From: Camelus ferus
Taxonomy: Eukaryota
Length of the DNA: 64,000 nucleotides
Direction: 5' to 3'
Assembly: GCF_009834535.1 (NCBI RefSeq)
Contig: NC_045696.1
Location: 46,564,001-46,628,000, forward strand
How positions within the stretch are numbered: the first letter of the stretch is position 1; the number at the start of each line of letters is the position of its first letter. The position numbers and the translations under genes were made by a program. Shown here one piece after another: positions 22,814 to 34,510 of the stretch. Below the pieces are notes generated by a model. That model saw only the letters and a list, made by a program, of their open reading frames with translations, ran no database searches and was not told the DNA's origin.

Positions 22814-25800
22814 GTAAAAGAAGCAACATTTATTGTATCATTTCAGGTGGTCTGTGCTGGAAATTGCATAATTTTTGTAGGTTTAAAAGGGCATAATTCA
22901 TACAGGCTCGACCAACAACATTAGACCTGAGTGTTCATAATTGGGTTATTTTTAATTTTCAAATCACAACTGGTAGATTTTTGACCCTACTTACGGTCAG
23001 GCTGTGGGTCATGTGGCGTTTAGTCTATCAAAGAGGGATTCGTAACCTTTGAACCACAATAACCAGAAATTGGAGGTTTGTATAACTAAAAATACTCAGC
23101 GTTGCAGCTGACGTTGCGTGGGGAGTCACATCGTGCAGCACAGGGCGCTTCCTGGCTGGCTGGACCTGGGCGCCCTGCGGACGTGGTTCCCGACCTGAAC
23201 TTCCTTCCTGGCTCCCCTCCCAGTACCTCTAGCTGATCGAATGGCATGCCCCAGAGGCTTATGGGTAATAACCAAAGAGAAGTCCCACGTTGAGTAGTAT
23301 AAGGTTATAGGTCCCAGGTGCAGATTTTATTTCAAAATTTCCCACAGTCATGTTTATTTGTGACTATCTAATTCCTCTTAAAAGTTGAACCCTTAGGTGA
23401 ATGCTAATTGTGTGGTGGGTAAGGGGCCATCCTTTCATTCTTCTCATTGATCTCCTTTTTTTCCTATTTAGATATTTTAAAGAGCTGAACATTTTTGTAG
23501 TGCTCACGGAGGAGTCACTTCCTTTGAGAACTAGGAGGGATCTCACAGATCATCCTTTGATTCACTTATGGCCAGAAAGGGGAACTTAATGAACAAGTCC
23601 ATGTCTTTTGATTCCCAAATACACTCTCATTCCTTTATTAAAAGGAGAAAAAATTAAAATGGACGTGTAGCCTTGAGTCACTTATCAAAAATACTCATGT
23701 TTTAAAGATAATTGTTAAAAGTATTCAAACTCAAGTTCATTTTGTTGCTCGGTAGGCACAGCTCACATGCGCTATGTCTGCTTTTATGTCGTTTGGCTTT
23801 TACGGAAAACGCCAGCAGTACATCTCTTTTCTCACCTGTTACTTCACATTCACAACCTCTGTGGAGTATCATTTCTGCACTTTGCTGACAAAACAAGATA
23901 TGCTGCTCTCAGCATTAGATCCTAGCATCCCCAAATTGACATACATTCACTCTTGTATATTTTAAAAGTACGTTCTGCACAGAGTTGATAAATGTAGGGC
24001 TGTGATGAACTATCAGAGGAGTCTAGAGGAGGCATTTAAGACCTCATTACTCTTTTCTTGAAATGGTACTGTTCTAAATATTTTGTTTTTTAAACAATGA
24101 AAACCCTACCTCATATAAAAAGAGAAATCATAGCACGTGCAGGGTGGTGGAAAGAGTGAAATAGATTAGGAATTAGGAGACCTGGTACTAGTCTCAGATC
24201 TGCTACTAATTAGCGGTTTTTAATTCACAAGCTCTTTACCTCGCTAGGATTCACTCTCCATATTTGTACTCTGTTGTAAGGTATGTGTGCTTTGAGGGGG
24301 GTGGATGATAAAGCATGGTAACACATGAATTATAAATATCCCCTCTAACACTGAATGATTTCATTACTGTGATACCTTGAGTGGGTGGTGTGATGCTGAA
24401 AATACGATATTCTGAAGCCCTAATTTTCTGTCCTTTGCAGGGCAGAAAAGCAAGTCAATTTTGATTCTTCTAGGCAGTCTCAAGGGCTTAGTTGAAAATA
24501 TTTATTATTGTTATTATTTAATTATATTTATTATTTATTATTCGTGTTTATGGAACAAAACTTTGGAGAACATGCATTGAAAATTGCATGTCCTTTAGTG
24601 TAGAGTGCAAATTCATTTTATGTGGCCAGGGAAAAAGGAATCAGTTTGAGCACTGGAAATTAACCAGTAATTTAAAGTGACCATTTTTGTTATTTATTTC
24701 CATACCATCCCCTACATTTACTGATTCAGTTGGTGGCTGTGCTTTGTGAATTATCTAGGCCCTTTACTGCATCATCCTCTCTCACCTATGGCTGTATCAC
24801 TGCTTGTTAAAACTTTACCTGGGAGGTTATAAATATACAAGAACAGAAAAATGGAACCATAATCTGGATAATTTTAACTCTTGTAAGCCACCCTGGGCAA
24901 AAGGTTCATTAGTAGGTGTTTGTAGCTGACGTCTATTAAATGAAATGTTGATTCAACTGGGGCTATGCAGCTGTTAGCTGCTCCTGACTTCTGTTGAAGT
25001 AGATGACTTAAAGTTCACTGGCCTTTCTTTACACCACCCTGAGTATAGCTGGCTTTCAATTCCACCCCCCCCCCCCACAAATATCAGGAATCTTCAGGTT
25101 CTTAGTAATCACAGCTGAGGTTTAAATGCTAAGCTTATAATGTGTTTTAAGGATTTATTTCCCCCATACTCTTAAAATTCAAAATCAAAGCCATTTCTTA
25201 AAACTTTTGAGGATCATAAAAAAAGATTGCCTGTAGACTATAGACTAGAATTCAAGGTAAAGTTTTCAGATAAACCAAGATAACCTACCTCTACCACTGT
25301 GTTTATCTTTCTACCAAGTTATGATGTCATATGTTCATGCTTAAGCTAGAGGTTTCTAACTGTAATAATATTGATGGTGATGATTAATACTTAATACTGC
25401 TTTATGTTTCCAGAGGGCTTTCACGTATTCTTTTTGTAAAAACTAATCTTGACAGCAACGCCAGTAGATTTAGGGAGGGCTTATTAACCCCAAATACATG
25501 ATAAGGACTTGAAGCCTAACCAGCATTAGCAGGAAGGGAGGAAACCAGCGCTAAAGCACACTGGCCACTACCGCGGATTTTTCAGGTGTATCTGGATAGC
25601 CCTTATTTATTGAAACTATAAATGCTATCTCACAAGAAGAAAAACAAAAACAAACAAACAAAAAACCTCAGACTAGGTATATCCATAAGACTAGTTTCTT
25701 TGCAAATAGATAAATCTAATTACAGGGGAGAAAAAAATCTGGCTTATAGTTAGATTTTGAAACATGATCCACATATTTAGTCTAACTTGATCTCTTTTCT

Positions 25801-26432
25801 CAAGTTCAAAGTAGTCGCTTTATAACTTCAGCAGAGTCCCCCAGGATCTTAGATAAGGCTCATTCATTTGATTCCTGTGTTCCATTCAGCATCTGACTGC
25901 ATCTTCAGCTCATGAGAGACCAACCCATGGCAGTGAGATTCCAGATTTGGCTATAATTTCAGTGCAAGTTTGACTCCCCTAATTGGCATGTGAATTCATG
26001 ACTCTGGAGCTCTCTAGTGGCCTCCTGGGGTACAAGACAAGCTCAGTGCTGTTTTCCCAAAAACCTTACTCTACATTTTGGGAGCAGAGTTTGGAAAACA
26101 AGACAGCCTCTTATTGCCACATTCCTAATGTTGCTCCAGGAGTGAGCTCCCATTATCACCCTCAGATGATACACTCCAAGTGTGTTATGATTATTGTGGA
26201 GTGTAAAAACCAGCCCTGTGGACTTGTTTTGTGGTGTTTGGGTAGGTTTGTGTGTTCAATTACAAGCCTAAAGAGAAATGACTAATTTGTTTTCAGAGGA
26301 CAAAAAGCCTTCCTTTTCTCACATTTCCGTTAGTTTGGCAGGGAGGGAAAAAAACGGAACTGCCTTGCTATCCTGGTATATAACTTTGGGCTGTTTCCCT
26401 CTTAGCTTTTTCTGTCTCCTGTTCCTCACCAC

Positions 26433-26768
26433 TGTTGACCTGAAACTAACAGCCTGCCAGTTATTTCTCCAGCAAAGATGGGTTTATTCAGGATCAGCAG
26501 AGAATTTAAATTTGGGGTCTGTAATCATGGTGAGCCACATGCAAGTCCCCACACATCCAGGGAAGGAGACACTTTTAGGGAAAAAAGAAATTGTGAGGGC
26601 TTTAGTAAACCAGGTCCACGGCTGTTCATTGGCTGAGTCCTTGCCAGGAAAAGAGAGAGGAGTCTTTCTGCTTCCTGTTGAGCTCCGCTATCATCACAGG
26701 GCGTGAGAGCTCCCCCTTCGGTCTCTTGACTCTGTTTAATTGAGGTTTCTGTTTATTAATTTTTCATA
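26433..26768 (-). mobile_element. Solo LTR, ERV1-like, about 336 bp
   Basis: Begins TGTT, ends TTTTCATA; flanked by direct repeat CCAC (26429-32, 26769-72); minus-strand AATAAA and CCAAT motifs. Confidence 0.65.
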
Positions 26769-26836
26769 CCACTAAGCTTTTGTTTGCTTTGCTGATGTTG
26801 CTGGACCCAGATCTACTGTTTTGTCCTAGACAACTG

Positions 26837-27072
26837 TAGTTAACCCTTCAGCAAAGCAGGATTAAGGGTACACTCTCTCCCTCCAGCCCCTCAGTTAAAA
26901 ATTCACGTGTAACTTCACAGCTGGCCCTCCAGGCCCTCAACATCAGCAGTTCTGCGTCCACGGGTTCAACCAACTGTGGATTATGTCATACTATAGTAAC
27001 ACATTTATTGAAAAAGATCCACTCATAAGTAGACCCGCTCAGTTCAAACTTGTGTTGTTCGAGAGTCAACTG
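26837..27072. mobile_element. MER8 / Tigger2-derived MITE (TcMar-Tigger)
   Basis: TIRs tagttaacccttcagcaa ... ttgttcgagagtcaactg followed by TA; internal gttcaaccaactgtggat. Confidence 0.85.
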
Positions 27073-27829
27073 TAGTGACTTAACCCTAACTGCCTTTCCC
27101 AGTTCTTCTGTCCTAGAAGAGGCTTCTCCCTGAGCACTGACCCTGAAGGCTGTCATTGGTGTAGGCCACCAGACAAGACAGGATGTTCTGGGGGTCACCC
27201 CTGGGTCAGAGCATTCTAGCCTCTCTTCTAAACTCTAGCAAGATCACATTACATACCTTTTTCAAATGTGGATCATCTGCAGGCCCCCTGATTACTTCTT
27301 GATCTGACTGTAGGTTTAGAGAAGATGACATCTGGAGACATGACATTGCCTCATTTTCAGTGATTTATGAGAACTTCCAGTGTATTCTCCTTTTTTGCCT
27401 CTTTTACTTGTCTGCAACCTGACTCACTCCTTTACTGTCTCCCAGCACGCTAACCTCTGGGACTTGATGATCACTGGTAATCCATTGGCCAGTCTGCCTT
27501 TGACCCCCTGGTTCCTTGTCTGCTGGTTTCTAAGCTTCCTGTAGTCCCGGTCTGCCTTCAGGCCTGAACTACACCTCCCATTCGCAGTCCCTTTGCAGCC
27601 AGCCCTTGGCTTCTTTTGCCTGAAATACACAGGAAATTCGTCTGAAACACGTGGGAAAAAGAGTAGATACTGAAAAGAAATGAAATCATCTGTAGGCTCA
27701 TCAAAAACAAAAAACTAACAGCCCTAGTCAAGGGGGTACTCTTCTACAGCCTTGAGACTGGAGCTGGCTGCAGAAAGCACTGGCCAGGACCCTGATTCTA
27801 GCCTATGTGGCAAAACAAAAAGAATTTTA

Positions 27830-27970
27830 GGGATGGATGGCCCCTTTAGAGCTAATCTAGTCCAGCTTCCATCTTTACATGAAGAAACTGAGACTCCTGG
27901 TCCCACAGTTAGTAGATTAAAAAGCCAAGCGTAGAATCCAAGTCTCTCCTTGACTCTATTATTTCCATTA
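27830..27970 (-). mobile_element. MIR/MIR3 fragment
   Basis: gagctaatctagtccagcttccatctttacatgaagaaactgagactc...gaatccaagtctctccttgactc. Confidence 0.65.
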
Positions 27971-30231
27971 CTGCTTAGTCTTGGTGTAGAAATCAGGTCA
28001 TCTTTCCCAGTTCTCTTGGCCCTCTTCTGATGTCTGTGCCTTTTCTTTGACTTTTCCTTCACCTGTTTGGTTCTTTCTTTCTGTAAGCAGTTCTGATGTA
28101 ACGCACCCTTCACCTTTGGTGTACCCTGCAAGGATTTTACTGGGAAGCGGAAGGAAAAGAGGGAAGAAGTTAGTTCTTGTAGAAGATCCATTGATAATGC
28201 AGTGATCGTACTGGAGAAATCACAAGGTTCCCCCTATAATCAGAAGGATCAACTGATGGATCTGGATAAGAAACTAGAAATTTTGAAGCTTGTGAATACC
28301 CAATAGAGATTATTTAGTGCTTATTGCAAACTCAGATTTTGACTTCTTTATGTGGGAGGCTTTGAATTTCAGGGCTAATGCAGAGTCATTAAACTCCTTT
28401 GGAGTGTTTCTAAACAAATTATCTTATTTTTCTGGTAGCATTTATTGAAGTTTAAATTGAAAAAAAATTAAAATACATTTATACTACCACTGGCTTATGG
28501 TAAGCTAACTATCAAAGTATAAATGTGCTAAGACTGTTTGACTGGGGTGTAGATCTACAATTTAAAAGGAGCCTTTTTCCTCATTTTTGATTATTTGCTT
28601 GAGAAGGTGTTTGGGAGCATTATCAAATAAGTTTTTTTTTTCCCCCAAAGAACTATTATCTTAAACCTCTCTACACACAGCCATCTGTTACACAGTAATA
28701 TGATAAGGCCAAGCCACAAATCATGGTATGATTTCTGCTTCAAATTCTTTCTCTTGATGTAAGTGATATTATCTCCCACTTGTTTGGGAACGGGAAGCCC
28801 AGAATCAAACTCTTAAGGGCAAAAAATCTTACTAATTCATAGCCTCCTTTCTGAAGGATGTACCTAAACCCATTAGGGAGCTAGTTTAAATTTTTAAATG
28901 AAACCTATGCAAGTGTTTATACCAGTAAGTGCATTTTTTTTTCACACCCTTGGTTATTTTTGCTCTGTTCTTTTCCTCTTCTTTTAGCTTTTCTTGTCTT
29001 CCTACATTACATATATTGTCTTACTTCCAATGTCTACCTTCATATCCACCTTCTGATAAGCACCTCTAGGTATCCTCCTGGTACAGTTTGCACAGAATTT
29101 GTCATATCAGACTTTGATTTCCTGAACCACACTCCCCTTTTCTCTATCAAAAACAATTTCTCTGGCTGTCTTAAGAGATTGGATAATCAAAAAAATGGAA
29201 AGATGTCTCTTTTCCCTACCCAAAAGCCATTAGGTCACTGGAATAAAAGCAGTCCCAATCAGGAAACTTGACTACAAGTATATACTCTTAAATGCTTAAT
29301 CTATATATTTCTGCATATTCTTATCTTAAGAGGGAAGAGAGGGAGGGGCAAACTCGTAAGGAAATGAGTGTGTATGAAGAGACGCAGCATTCCTGACTCG
29401 TTTGAACCGGGAGCAAAGTCTTTGGTGGCAAGTGTATCCCTTACTCTTGACACAGTGACTAACAGGATACAATCCTGTGCTATTCAGTGGTTTGCTGGTA
29501 TTACCATTAGAATTAGAGTACCTAAAACTAACCTTTCCAGGAGCCCTGCCCTACTGATATGTGGTACTTCATTAAATTATCTCTTAAAGCACATTCACCT
29601 GCTCCTAGAATTCAGCTGATGGTAGAGTCATTATATACTGGTTTCACCAGTGTTTGCCAGGTCCTTACTGAGCAGTCAGTATGCAGAAGAGGCCAGGCCT
29701 CCCCAAGTGGCTTCTTTTCTCATCAGTCCAACCTGGAAGTTGAAAGCAAATGTCCCAATGATAACTGTAAATTTAAGAAGCACGTACTTAATCTCAGTGG
29801 CCTCAGAGGAAGAGAACCTTCTTTCATCATCCTCTCCAGACTAGCTGGTCAAAAGGATCTCAGACTGAGACCCGCGACCACAGGCAGAAATTGTGGTCTC
29901 TTGGGACACAATTTATTCAGATTTGCATACACTATCCTCTCTACCAACTTGCAAGATTACAAATACTTTGAAAATGTTACTCCAGTGGCCTCTTGGTTCA
30001 GTATTCTGTTGAAAGAGAGGGCATCATAATCCTCTGTATTTAATTTATCAAAGTAAATGTAAATAGATATATTTGTTTAAAATTATGGGCAATATTTTAC
30101 TTCTTTTTTTTCCATCAATACTTTGAAAACTCTTAAATGTAATTTAGATGGGTCAGACATTTAAAATGTTTCCTTCCAAGAGCAATGTTGGTGCCTTGTG
30201 TTAACTATATATATGGTTTGTCCTATTTCAG

Positions 30232-30429
30232 CCATATTTTCAGAAGACAAAAACACCACAGAGCCTGCTTATAAGGTTAAAAATGCCCCATCCATTTACA
30301 ACACTCCAGAGCCAACAACAATGCAAGAACCCTTGGTGGGCAGCCAAAAGAGAAAAGCAAGGAAAACCAAGATCACACACCTTGTCAGGACAGCAGATGG
30401 CCGGGTATCACCAGCAGGAGGTACTTTGG
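30232..30429 (+). CDS. BBX: BBX 198-nt coding exon (phase 1 to 1)
   Basis: tcctatttcag|CCATATTT...ACTTTGG|gtaaga; (A)IFSEDKNTTEP...QKRKARKTKITHLVRTADGRVSPAGGTL. Confidence 0.95.
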
Positions 30430-32445
30430 GTAAGATGAGGGCACAGTAAACAGGTTACCAGAGCAAGCAGCTGGCCATAAGTGACTGTGAGCCACCTGTG
30501 GGTCCTCACTGAAAAATGCGTCCGTTCTGTGGGTTTGGTCACAGTAACGTTGTCTCTCTCTGGGTCTCCTCAAGAATTGGTTTTCTACAGACTCCTCAGT
30601 GTACATGTTTTAGTCTGTATTTTAAAATCATAACTCTTTTTCCCAAGAGCATATCTGGAATTCCTGGAAAGGAAAGGAAAATTTTAAGGCTCTCAGCAAC
30701 TCCTTCCCTTGCTCCGCATGCACAAAAACAGTCTTGATTTAATAAATTTCCAAAGATCCGAGACTAAAAAGTACTGACGAATTTGTCTTTCTCCATGGCT
30801 CACTGTTCAGGTCGCCACAAGCCAGATCATCTGGTATTCAAACCAGTGAATTGACCTGAGGAAGTGCCCCGCACTTCCTGTTGTGCTGATTCAGACCACA
30901 GAGGGTGCCTGAGGGTGCTTCTGGATTTCTTAGTTCTCTGGGCTAATCCTTAACCAAACATTACCTTACAGTGAATGTCCCCATTTCCATTTGTGGCCTG
31001 TGGTCTGTTTGCTGTTCTGGGGCCTTCTGTGGAACGGCCTGCGTGGCCCTGGTTAAGGAGTGGTGTCAGAGAGTGACACCGGGCACCCCCCGCTCCAGTA
31101 TTATGGTGCTGCACCAATGGCATTAGTGGTCCTAGCTGTTTCCTTTCTGCCTTTCAGCACCTCCAGCATCTCATTCTATCTGCCCTGAAGGAAGTATTCC
31201 TTCCCCTCAGCCTAATCTGGTTTCCAGAAAAAGGTCAAATGTCCATAATGACTTTTATAAATAGGGAAAAAAAGTGTGTAAGTGAATGATTTTTGAGAGT
31301 GATATTTATAAATATCTGATTTAGGTTAATCTCATTATTCCTAGAGACTCATTGTATACTGAGAGAGAAGTCAATTAGTGAATTCTGGGCACTTGTGTTT
31401 TGCATATGGAGATTGTTAGAACCTCAAAGCATATTAAATACCCCCCGTTTTGCCCTGTCACGTAAGAGGTGAAGCTCAAAGAGTTAGTTAGAATCTTGTT
31501 TTATAAAGCAGCAGCCTACTAAGTGGGATGAGGACCGGAATCTAGTTTTCCTGATGTTCAGTCCAGCAGACTCTTGTCTCCTTCCCTTTCCACTTGGGAT
31601 TCTGTTGTGACTTTCATATTATGTAAATTGTTGTAGCCTCACGTTTGCTTGTAGGAGTGGAAGATTTTCGAAAACATTTCCTTTTATGTTGAAAAGCACA
31701 TAGCATTTTCATGCTCTGTGTGACATTTACAGCATTTTATCAATTTCCGTGGTTAAAATGTTTTTAAAACCATGGTAAAGATCACTCCTCCTCCTCCTCT
31801 GTAACAGCTGCATGATAAAGAAGGTGTACTCAGGTGTACTCATTTCCAACAGATGTATTGGCATTACATTTCAGCCACCTCTTCAAAAATACCAGAGAGC
31901 CCTTGTCTTCCTTTCAGTGGGTCTTCAGAACAAAAATAACAGTTTAGGATCTCACTGGGATAGATAAGCTCCTTGGGATTTGTGTAGGCCATCCTAGTGT
32001 GGGTAACACAGCGTACCAAATGTCCCAGGTGCCATGGTGGGACATGCGGCGGCTTTGTCAGAAGAATTTGGTCAGTTGAGTTTTTAAGGGCCCTTGTACA
32101 GCATCCACAGGCCCCTCTGCAGAATGTCCCTGGGGTTTTATTTTGTCCAAGGCCCGTTTTTCCCTCTCACTCCAACACCGACCTACTCTGACCTTGGATG
32201 AAACACAGCGCTTCTGCCCAGCATCAGGGCTCAGTGCTGCCCATAGTTGCAATTGAGCATAATAAAAGAGTTTTATTCCTGTGGAAGGAAAGATTCTGTA
32301 AAAGCCTTAATATTGGGTGGATGACAAAAGCGAACGGTAAAGCATATTAGATCATTTCACATTGTCTGGCACTGAGTTTTCTCCGTGTCCCTTCTCCGGG
32401 GAGAACAGAGTGAGCCTCTCATGATGAATTTTCCTTTCGTCACAG

Positions 32446-32623
32446 ATGACAAACCAAAGGAACAACTGCAGAGGAGTCTCCCTAAAGTTACCGAGACAGG
32501 CTGCAGTGACGAATGCTCACACCACGCGGAGACGCGGAGCAGCACCCCGGAGATGCCAGCCGTGTCCGCCTTCTTCAGCCTGGCGGCGCTGGCGGAGGTG
32601 GCCGCCATGGAAAATGTGCACAG
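32446..32623 (+). CDS. BBX: BBX penultimate coding exon (178 nt, phase 1 to 2)
   Basis: cctttcgtcacag|ATGACAAA...GCACAG|gttagc; (D)DKPKEQLQRSLPK...PEMPAVSAFFSLAALAEVAAMENVH(R). Confidence 0.96.
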
Positions 32624-32954
32624 GTTAGCGGTGGAGAACCTCTCCGGTGCCGGGCACCCCGTGCAGCTTCGCCCCTTTCACGGAACAGGGGTGGAGACAC
32701 TGACATGGAAACCCGAATCGTCCTCTCTGACGTGATTTGTGGTATTGTTCACAATGTACTGGGTTCACGAGACTTGGTTCAGGAGCAGTTTTGTTTATGA
32801 GATGTCACCCAAGCATGTATACTGTTCAGCAGTGTGGAAAAATACAGGGGAATCCAGCCAGCCCGGTGTTTCACGGTGACTGTAGTGGCTAAGCTTCCTT
32901 TCTAGAAGAAATCTGAGAGAGCAGAGAAGCTGCATTATCTAATCATCATGCATG

Positions 32955-33130
32955 AGCTTTAGAGTTAGGTCTCAGACCTGGGTTTGAGTCCTATTTCTGC
33001 CATCTTTGGACAGTAAAGCCTTGAGCAAGATCATTCACTTCTCTACCATCTGTTTTTTTCTTCTGTAAAATGGCTGTAAGAGGTTCTCGTTCCACAGGGA
33101 TGTTGTATAGAATCAATCTAATGTCCCAGT
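32955..33130 (+). mobile_element. MIR SINE
   Basis: agacctgggtttgagtcctatttctgcca...ccttgagcaagatcattcacttctct...tctgtaaaatgg. Confidence 0.75.
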
Positions 33131-34214
33131 ACCAGCATGTGGTAACTAACCCCCATTGAGGACGGTGTTGGTGGCAGTGGTGGTACTAGTGGAAGAAAAC
33201 AGTGTGATTCAGGAAAAAGCATCTCGGCATCTGACTCACTGCAAGGAGGAGGCCTGGATTTTTCCTCCTCTGTCTGTGTTTGCCACAAAGTAATTTATTT
33301 CCTTGGGCCTCAGTTTTCTCCTCTTCCATTTAGCATAATGATATCCCTAAAGAATCATCAAGTTGTAAGGATCAGATGAGATCACAGAGGTGCAAGCCCT
33401 TTGAATTCAGTAAAGTTCGACAGAAAGTATATTAAGTTCTAAGTATATAATTGGGTGTTCTGCTACATAATGGATCCTTTGGGAAGGTTAAAAAAAAGCA
33501 TTTTATGAATTCGGGTATTTCATAATTTTATTCAAAGTGGAATATCCACAGGTGCACTCCTCTTTTAGATTTTTCAGTCTCCAGTACAAAAGAACTTGAA
33601 GTCTAGCCCAACTTGTCTACTGACCTGTCAGGCCCCATTCTTCTTCACATCCAGGGTTAGGAGGCCCCGACATGAGCTTTGTTTGCCTCTTGCTCTTTAC
33701 CTGTCGTATTACAGTTCTAGTGCTTCCTTGCAAATAGCCTCTAGAAATTTCCAGGAAGTCAAATTCCTTTTCATGTGTACAGTGACAGTGCCTAATAGCA
33801 AGTGAATGCTGACAGACATGGTTAAAATCTTTCTCCAGTCTCCGAGGGAGATAATACGCAGACACTTTTCCACTCGTGGGGTTTTACAGCCGAGTACAGA
33901 GGACAAACTCATAATGCTTGCAGAAAGAAATACATGCCTCAGTGTTATTAGGTGCCCTCGTAAATTGTCGAAACAAGAGGTCATATAAGAATTCAGAGGG
34001 GGTCGTAATTCAGGGCTCAGAAAGGTCTGCCACACCATCACCCTTGCTGCTGCCAGCCTCCCTTTCTGAGCATGACTGGTCACGCCTCTGCTCTGTAACC
34101 AGCTCCCCTTCTGTGACTTCCAGCTGCAGTAGCAGAAAGCCTCAACAGACTTTCCTGCCCTGTCACCACCTCCTTTCTCCCTGCCCTGCAGTCACATAGA
34201 ATCGCTTACTCCCA

Positions 34215-34510
34215 TCCAGATAAGGCCGCTTCTTGCCTTTGTATGTCCCCCTCTTAGATGAACTGCTGATGCTCCTTCAGCTCCGTCTCATCCTTTGTAC
34301 TCCTCTCTCTCTTCCCCCGAAGTCCTGCACACTCCTGTGCGCACTCTTACACCAGCTGCCACATTGCGTTGTAGTTAACTGTTGATAGGTCTGTCTCCCC
34401 CAGTACGTTTTGAAAGCAAAGCACTGGTTTCATTCTTCATGTACCTAGCTTCCTCAGTTCCTGCTACATCCATGGATAAATGAACAAATGAGTGGGTGAA
34501 TGAGTAAGTA
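34215..34510 (+). mobile_element. L2 3' end
   Basis: gtctgtctcccccagtac...ttcattcttcatgtacctagc...aaatgaacaaatgagtgggtgaatgagt tail. Confidence 0.65.

Noticed and set aside
28256..28306. MDLDKKLEILKLVNTQ resembling a Tigger transposase HTH start
   Set aside because: Only 16 codons, with no TIRs or flanking similarity; cannot be supported.
30890..30910. CTCF-like motif accacagagggtgc
   Set aside because: Four mismatches to the core consensus; too weak to call.
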